A program made the position numbers and the translations under genes. 64,000 nt of DNA. It comes from Mantamonas sphyraenae STR306 (lineage: Eukaryota; Protista; CRuMs). This document shows, piece by piece, positions 56,520 to 64,000 of the stretch. Below the pieces are notes generated by a model. It was given only the letters and a program-made list of their open reading frames with translations, searched no databases and was not told where the DNA came from. Positions within the stretch are counted from its first letter, which is position 1. Every line of letters starts with the position of its first letter. The stretch lies in assembly GCA_026936335.1 (NCBI GenBank), contig JAPMXV010000032.1, positions 124,001-188,000 on the forward strand. Direction: 5' to 3'.

Positions 56520-59500
56520 ATGAGCAGCAGCAGCAGCAGCAGCAGTAGCAGCAGCAGCAGCAGTAGCAGCAGTGCAGAGGCAGAGGCGGTGGGAACGTCT
56601 GAGGATTATGGAATGGAGGACGAAACACCGTTCAATTTTGGATCGTTCATGCAGGAGGGGGACGAGATTGTTGCGCAGCTGCAACGGGCGGTGTCCGAGC
56701 CCGAGACCAGGGAACAGTTTGCTAAGGATTTGGCAAAGATCACAGAGACGGTGAGTGCACAACCAGGTTGGGAAGGAGGTATGCGGTAGCCTGTGTGCGT
56801 TGAGGCACTGACGCACGTGGGCGTGCGCTTTGGCGCCAAAAAACCGCCATGGCCGGGAGATCACAGCTGGAAAAGTACCAAGAGCAGCCGCAGCTGCTGG
56901 ATCACCATTTGGAGGCGCTGGTGAGCCAGCCCATGCAGAGTGTGCGTACACACATCATCGAGGGAGGAGAGCCGGGCGAGCCATTTGTCTCGCAGATGCT
57001 GGAACTCGTGTACACCCTGTGCAAGGTGCGCGGCCACAAGACGGTCGTGCGTTTCTTCCCGCACGAGGTTGAGGATTTGGAACGCACCCTGCAGTACCTC
57101 CTCAAACACCCCACAGACGACTACGGCGCTTGGAAGACGCGCTATGTGTTGCTCCTGTGGCTGAGCATCATTGTGCGAATTCCCTTTGATCTCAGCACCG
57201 TTGACTCGAGCATGGTAAGTGTGCCTGTACAGGTTGGGAGGGCCTGCCAAAGGGGCGCAAGTAGTGCAGTCGGGCTGAATCGGTCGCACACACACTCACA
57301 CACACGTGAACAGGAGGGAGAAAGGGGTGTGGTGGACACAATTGTGGACACGTGCACCCACTTTCTGAGCGACCCCGGCAAGACTCGCGAAGCCGCAGCG
57401 TATCTACTGTCGCGTTTGCTTACACGTCCTGACCTGAAAGTGTCGCATTTCCACACCTTCCTTGAGTGGGCGGCGGAACAGCTGAGAAGCAGCACCAACG
57501 TGTTCCTTGTCACGGGCATCCTGTTGGCGCTGGCCACCATGTTCAAGCACGGCCAGCGTGAGGATCTGCTCAAGGTGGCAGACCAAGTGTTTGCGGTGAC
57601 TCTGGAGGAGGTGTCTGAAACACAGCAGGCGGCAGCCAAGAACAACGCGTTGTACCGCAAGCTGACCACAAAGCTGGTGCAGCGTCTGGGATTGACATAC
57701 TTGCCCACACGGGTGGCCAAGTGGCGCTATCAGCGTGGCAGCCGCTCGCTTTTGCAAAACATGCGTGAGAGCGAAGCCAAAAGCAGTGGCGGAGGATTGA
57801 CACGCTCCACCGACGCCAAGTTTCGTGGGTTTGGCAACACCCCAGGGTACGAACGCAACGGAAAGTCCGCAGGCACAGGCAAGGACGGAGCTGGGAAGAA
57901 GGAAGCAAACAATGCCGAGGAAACGGTGAAGGAGGGCAAGGACCAGAGTGGGATGCTTGGAAGTGAGGGGGACGACGACCTGGAAGTGCCGGACCAAGTG
58001 GATGCGGTTATTGGAGCATTGCTGGAGGGACTGCGCGACAAAGATACGATTGTGCGCTGGAGCGCAGCGAAAGGAGTGGGTCGCATCACAGGCAGGCTGC
58101 CGCTCGAGTTTGCAGACGACGTGGTGGCATCTGTGCTGGAGCTGTTTGATGAACGAAACGAGGGCGATGGAGCATGGCACGGCGCATGCCTGGGATTGGC
58201 GGAGCTTGCGCGGCGCGGCCTGTTGCTGCCGGAGCGCCTGGAGGAGGTGGTGCCCAAGGTGCTGCATGCGCTGCGGTACGATGTGCGACGTGGAGCAAAC
58301 AGCGTGGGAGCACACGTGCGCGACGCCGCCTGCTATGTGTGCTGGAGCTTTGCGCGTGCGTACGACGCAGCGATCATGCAGCCGCACGTGGCCACGCTGG
58401 CCACGGGCATGCTGTGCACCACTGTGTTTGACCGCGAGGTGAACTGCAGACGTGCAGCGTCGGCGTCGTTCCAGGAGAACGTGGGACGGCAGGGCAACTT
58501 CCCACACGGCATCGACATCTTGACGGCAGCAGACTACTTCACGGTGGGCAACAGGCGTGACGCGTTTCTGGACATTAGCGTGTACATTGCACAGTACGAG
58601 GAGTACCGTGTGCCGCTTATCAAGCACCTGCTTGACTACAAGGTGGACCATTGGGACGCCAACGTGCGCACACTCACGTCGCAGGCGCTGCACAACCTGA
58701 CGCCACTGGCGGTGGAGTACATGACCAACACGGTGATGCCTGTGCTCTTGGAGGACATCCTGGCCAACGATTTGAACAAGCGACATGGCAGCCTGTTGGC
58801 GCTGTCGGAGGTGCTGCTGGCCATGCATTCGAACGGAGTGGAGCTGACGCCAGAGCTGAAGGGCAGCGTGAGCGACGTGGTGCCCAAGATCGAAAAGGCG
58901 CGTCTGTACCGTGGACGAGGCGGTGAAATCATGCGCGGAGGCATTTCGCGCTTCATCGAGTGCATAGCGTTGAGCAAACATGAAATCAGCAAAAAGGTGC
59001 GCAAGCTCGTGTTGGAGACGCTGAACACAAACATGAAACACCCTAAGGAGGAGATCCAAGAGCAGGCAGTGCGTGCATTTGGCTGCTTCACGCAACAGTA
59101 CTATCCCATCTTCAACGATGCGCTGCGCAAGGTGATTGTGACGCCGTACTGTGAACAGGTGTCGGACGAGCCGAACCCTGTGGTGCGCCGTGGCGTGACA
59201 TCTGCACTGGGCCAGCTGCCGGTGCACATTGCGGGCCCATCGTGGGTGGAGCTGCTGAGTGCATTTGAGCGTGCGGTGCACATTGAGGAAAACCCGGACG
59301 AGCGAGACGCAGAGACGCGACGCAATGGGATCAACGCGATGATGGACACCCTGGAGCGTGTGTATGCCACCGAAGCAAGTGCCCAGAGCGCAGAAAGCGT
59401 ACAGCGTGTGTTTGATCTGCTGATGCAGGGGGCCAACGACTACTGCGTGGACAACCGCGGCGACGTGGGTTCGTGGGTGCGCACGGCAGCAATGCAGGGC

Positions 59501-60611
59501 CTGGAGCGCTTGATGTTGCTGCTGCTGCAAGGAGGCGGAAGCAGCGAGAGCGGGGCACTGGTGACGGAAGAGATGGTGAGACAGGTGATGTGTGTGCTGC
59601 TGCAACAACTGTCGGAAAAGATCGACCGCATCCGAGGCACCGCAGGCGAGATCTTTGCACGCATGCTGGACGTGCTGCCGTACATCCCAGAGAAGGAGAC
59701 TCTGGTGAGCGTGTTTGGGCCAGAGGGCGCCGGAGGCGAGGATGATGAGGAGGCTTCGGAGGACCACGACGGTGCGGCGGGGGAGGTTGCGCTGAACTGG
59801 AGCGCACCCAAGCAGACGTTTCCGCGTGTGGTGCGTCTGCTTGAACTGGACGTGTACCGAGTGCCTGTCCTAACGGGAGTTGTGATTTCGGTGGGAGGGC
59901 TGACAGAATCGGTGGTCAAGTCATCGTCGCGTGCCCTTGTGGCGTTCCTGAAGGAGCATGGCAAGGTGGACGGAGCACCGATGGTGCATGCGGTGGCACA
60001 GGCGCTGGTGACAGTGTTTGAAGCACACGTGGAAGAAGACCGTGTGGTGATGCCCATGTTCAAAACGCTCAAGACGCTGCTGGACAACGGGTGTCTGGAC
60101 GTCGTGGCGTCGGGCGAGGTTGGGTTCATGAGCGAGGTGCTGCAGCTTAGCAAGACAGCCATCAACCGCAACAAGAAGGACATTGGAAAACTGATGGCGA
60201 GCATCCCTGTGTTTGCAGACATCATGGTGATGGAGGAGCCGGCGGCAAGCAGTGCAAGGCGCACATTGCTATCGCTGCTGGGTGTGCGGTATCCGACGGT
60301 GCGCAAGATGGCGGCAGAGAAGATGTACGAGGCACTGATGATGAACGACGAGTGCATGCCCGAGGAGCAACTGGATGAGGCCATGGACCTGTTGTCGGAA
60401 AGCGACTGGAACAACGGCAAGCAGAGTGAACTCAAGGAGGCCCGGATGGCGCTGTACGGTCTGTTTGGCCTGGAGCCACCGAGCAAAGAAAGTGGCCGGG
60501 AGTGCGTCGGCGGAAGCAGGAGCAGCAAGCGGTGCGGAACACGGAGGAGCGCAGGAAGGGCAGGAGGAGAAAACAGACTACAAGGAGCTTGTGAAGATGA
60601 TGGGATTTTAA
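56520..60611 (+). CDS. TBCD: Tubulin-specific chaperone D; introns 56751..56866, 57215..57313; apparent frameshift ~60487
   Basis: YQEQPQLLD, KVRGHK, FPHEVEDLE, DKDTIVRWSAAKGVGR, VRDAACYVCW, FDREVNCRRAASA, DNRGDVGSWVR; C-terminal DYKELVKMMGF*. Confidence 0.95.
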
Positions 60612-60670
60612 AAACACAAATGAAATGGAGACGGCGACCTCGTGAAATTTGATGATGGGTCACGTTGCGA

Positions 60671-62685
60671 TTAGTCTGTGGTGACGGCGAGGACAGGGCG
60701 CAGGGCATTGTCGCGGCTGACCTTTGTGCCGTCAGAGGAGTGAATGCGCAGCTGGCGCATCTGGCCATAGTTGGCGCTGATGAAACGTTGGGGAGTCTCC
60801 TGCGGGGGCACATCGAGGTCTTCGATGTCGCCTCCGTGGTCGAGTTTGCCGTCGGGCAACTCGTCGTCGTCGTCGACGTCGGGCGGGGCCGAGTCACTGC
60901 CCTCGCTGGCGGACGATTCCTGAATTGGGGGCAACGGATCCATGCTCTTGCCACGCCTGTTGACTCGTTTGTACTTTTTCTTGGACTTGCGTCCTGCATG
61001 GACAGGCGGTGGACGTGTGGTGGGGCTGTCGCTGTTGCGAGCCTCCTTTGGACTGACGGCATACCTTCCCATGGAACTCTTGGGCAAGCCCAAAGTCATG
61101 GATTTGGCGCGGCCCGTGTTGTTGCCCCGTAGTGGGCGCTTGGGGCTGTCCCTTGTGTTCCAGTTGTCGAGACGCGGGCGCTGTGGCTGCTGCTCGTTGC
61201 CCTCGCCTGTGCCGCGTACATGGAGTGGGAAGGCAGGATCGGAGGCACTTCGGCTCTTGCTCTTACCGTACATGGGCCTGCGAATGCTATTGCGTGTCCG
61301 TGTGTCGTTTTCCATGTTGATGGACGAGGTGATGAGGTCGCAGAGACATTCGCAACTCTCGCTCTGCTGGTTCATCTCTAGCGCCACCTGAGCGGGCAGC
61401 TGGACGTGGCCGTCGTGACGCCTGGACTTGCGTCCATGCCTGGACAGCGCTCCCTTGCGAATGTCCATGCCATTGGCCTGTGACCGTGAGGGCGGGTGTC
61501 TGGCGCGTTTGCCTCTTGACCTGCCAAGTTCCTCGTCCTCCGATTCGGCGGACGAGTCTGAATCCGACCGCTGCCGTCCGCCGCTGAGCGATGCAGCCAT
61601 TCTGCGGTCATTGCCGTGTACTGTGTTGTGTGTGGGGCTTGTATCGCTGCTGGCCTTCTCGGCAGCTTCTTTCCGTTGCCGCCTGCGCATGATAAATTGA
61701 TAGGTGGTGATGTGCTTGTAGCCTGGAGAGGCACAATGGCGAGGAGGGGCAGGTGGAAGGCGTGTGGTGATCACGGGTAGGGTGTGAGGGCCGGGTGGCG
61801 GCTTTGTTGGAAACACACCGCTGGGCGGAGGAAAACTCACTGATGAAAGCGTGGAACAAACTCAGTTGGGCCAGCTGCACCCACACCAGCAGCAGGACGA
61901 CGATCAGCACACCCATAACACCAACCATGAACTCGTAGGAGAAGCCCTTGACGGAGAAATAGGTCCTCACTGTGCACATGCTTGTCAGATCGGGCGCGCG
62001 AAGCTTGTAGGGAAAAGGCTCAAAAAACGCTGGCTTGCTCGCGCCCGGCTTACCTCGGTCCACGTATGATTGACGCCCAGCCAGAGCTTCAATAAACACC
62101 CACACCAGCGTCACGAGATATACAGTAAGTGCGGAAAAGATGAGCGCGAGATAGGTGACGAAAAACCTGTGGGGGGGAGCAGGAGCCAGGACCAACAGGA
62201 AAAATGGGGTGAGCATTTGTTCTGGATGGCAAATCGAGGAGACACAACTCCGGCTGTGGCATGGCGACGGGAGTGGGACGGGAGGATAACGCACCTGTAA
62301 TTGTGTGCCCCAATGCAATTGTTTAGCCACTTGCAGTGATGGTCGAAATTGTGGACGCACTTGTCGCATAGCTTGCAATGTTTGCTACTCTTGGCGACGT
62401 GTGCCTTGCATATGCGGCAGTACACTTTGTTTGCCTTTTCGACATCTGTGAGCATGTGTCGCTTTGTGATTGCGCGATCGCACGGGTCGATCCGCATGAT
62501 GTGCATGGCAGTGAGTGCCGAGAGGAGCCAAAGCACGCCAAAGGCATATCCAAAGTATGCCGCCGAACCAGGGTCCCAGCCGGGCAGAACGGTGACATAG
62601 AAGACGGAGCCCAAGACCAGCTGCAGGCCCAAGAAGAGACGACAGGTACTCCCCAAGGTTCACTGCACCCGGTCCGTCGGACCAT
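60671..62685 (-). CDS. DHHC palmitoyltransferase (ZDHHC1/11-like), three introns, apparent frameshift ~62627
   Basis: [12 protein letters not shown]-terminus; CRIC...[31 protein letters not shown]; TTYQ motif after TM4. Confidence 0.88.
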
Positions 62686-62736
62686 GATGTGTTGGTTGGC
62701 GGCGCCAGCGCTGCTGCGGCCAGGAGAATTCTGAAG

Positions 62737-64000
62737 ATGTCCCGTGCTCCACCCAAGCCCGTGTTTCTGCGTGGCAAGGACACAGATGTGACGGCAGTGT
62801 GTTTTGTAAGCGATGAGACGCAGTCACGGTCGCTGCTTGTGTCTGGGTCGGCCACAGGGTGGCTGTCGGTGTGGAATCTTGCACGTCGCCGTGTCTACCA
62901 GCGTTTCTGCGCGTATGGAGACGGGGAAACAGACATACACGAGGAAGCAGGCTCCTCCACCTCCACAGCTGTGCAGAGGGACAAGGGATTGGAGGAGGAG
63001 GAGGAGGAGGAGGAGGATGCAGGGATGGCGCAGCCTCACGCTGTGCTGCAACTCGTTCAGTTGGACGCGTCCAGGCTGCTGTCGCAGTGCCGTGACGGCG
63101 TGTTGAGCGTGTGGGACACGCAGAGTATGTGGGACGCGGTACTGAAAGGTGCCAAGGAGCGTGCGCAGTCTCCGAGGTTGCTGCGGCGGCTGCAGGTGCA
63201 CAGCATCAATTTCTGCCGCGTGGCCGTGCGTGTGCTTGCACCAGCATCACGAAAGTGGTCTCAGGCACAAAACAAGGTGTTGGATAACGTGGAGAATGGC
63301 AGAGAGGGTGACCACGATGCACAAACGTCACCAGAGGCTGCGGAAGGAGTTCAAAAGGCAGGCGCCAAGGGATCGGGCATGGGCAAGTCTCTCTTCCAAC
63401 TGGCGGTGGAAGAAGGAGACTTGGAGATGGACGAGGTTGTAGCTGGAGACAAAGACGGTGGGGAGGCAGATCCACCGGCGCAGCAGGTGATTCGGTTTGA
63501 CGACGGGCTGAAGGAGGACGATGCAGAGGATTCATTGTTGTTTGCACACGTGGAGGTTGAACAAATCAGGCAGGAGGGACCGTCGCTGCTTTCCCTGGCG
63601 CTGGGCGAAGTGGATGAGGACGATAGCGTTCGCGGCGGCAATGGCGAGGGCCGCCTGAGGCTGACAAATGGGGCCGATGAGGAAGACGAGACCCTAGTGG
63701 CGTTGGATGGGAGACAGAGGACACTGGTGGCGTGTGCAGACGAGGACATGCAAACTGTGGCCGTTTACGATGTGGACGCGGAGGAAGGGGAGGAGCTGGT
63801 GTGCACCCTGGAGGCACGAGGAGCACAGAGTGGCATGTGCATGTGTGTGGCATTCCATGGGGCAGCACAGCTTGTGGCAGGGTATGAGGACGGATGTGTG
63901 TACATGTGGCGGTTGGAAGCGGGCGGGCGGGGCGTAGCTCCTGCAGGGCAGCTGCGGATGCATAAGGAGCCGGTGATGTGCTTGTGTGTGAGCACAGGAG
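62737..64000 (+). CDS. GNB1L: WD40 protein GNB1L/ASA1-like, running off the window end
   Basis: MSRAPPKPVFLRGKDTDVTAVCF, LVSGSATGWLSVWNL, LLSQCRDG, NFCR, GMCMC, VAGYEDG, HKEPVMCL. Not in the ORF track because there is no stop inside the window. Confidence 0.75.
   Translation, partial: MSRAPPKPVFLRGKDTDVTAVCFVSDETQSRSLLVSGSATGWLSVWNLARRRVYQRFCAYGDGETDIHEEAGSSTSTAVQRDKGLEEEEEEEEDAGMAQPHAVLQLVQLDASRLLSQCRDGVLSVWDTQSMWDAVLKGAKERAQSPRLLRRLQVHSINFCRVAVRVLAPASRKWSQAQNKVLDNVENGREGDHDAQTSPEAAEGVQKAGAKGSGMGKSLFQLAVEEGDLEMDEVVAGDKDGGEADPPAQQVIRFDDGLKEDDAEDSLLFAHVEVEQIRQEGPSLLSLALGEVDEDDSVRGGNGEGRLRLTNGADEEDETLVALDGRQRTLVACADEDMQTVAVYDVDAEEGEELVCTLEARGAQSGMCMCVAFHGAAQLVAGYEDGCVYMWRLEAGGRGVAPAGQLRMHKEPVMCLCVSTG

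Noticed and set aside
1-64000. Prokaryotic operon, prophage, endogenous virus or transposon
   Set aside because: Spliceosomal introns and core eukaryotic genes throughout; no transposase, RT, integrase or capsid motifs seen

Overview
Eukaryotic nuclear DNA from a very compact, GC-rich genome with short GT-AG spliceosomal introns. About 33 protein-coding genes are packed into 64 kb, with intergenic gaps often under 70 bp. Ciliary genes (CFAP99, CSPP1-like, TEX45/SAXO5-like) point to a flagellated protist, but I cannot assign the lineage. Recognisable genes are TTC14, COX20, CDC123, NUP107, a dynamin-related protein, an RluA pseudouridine synthase, COMMD2, a GT13 GlcNAc-transferase, a secreted PLD, a Clu-TPR protein, a CK1-family kinase, an MLO-like protein, a PQ-loop transporter, CEBPZ/NOC1, cystathionine gamma-lyase, a PTGR-like oxidoreductase, a NEK kinase, TBCD, a DHHC palmitoyltransferase and GNB1L. 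I saw no RNA genes, CRISPR arrays or mobile elements. The most notable items are: a secreted 876-aa protein of six ~140-aa four-Cys helical repeats; a dynamin with degenerate GTPase motifs; several unusual domain fusions (RING+MIF4G with an in-frame TAG, F-box+multi-TM, RING+multi-TM, GT13+MGAT5-type Cys domain); a strand-independent C-to-G skew switch near 28 kb; and five single-base frameshifts that are most likely assembly errors. All family calls are from motif recognition by eye, not database searches.
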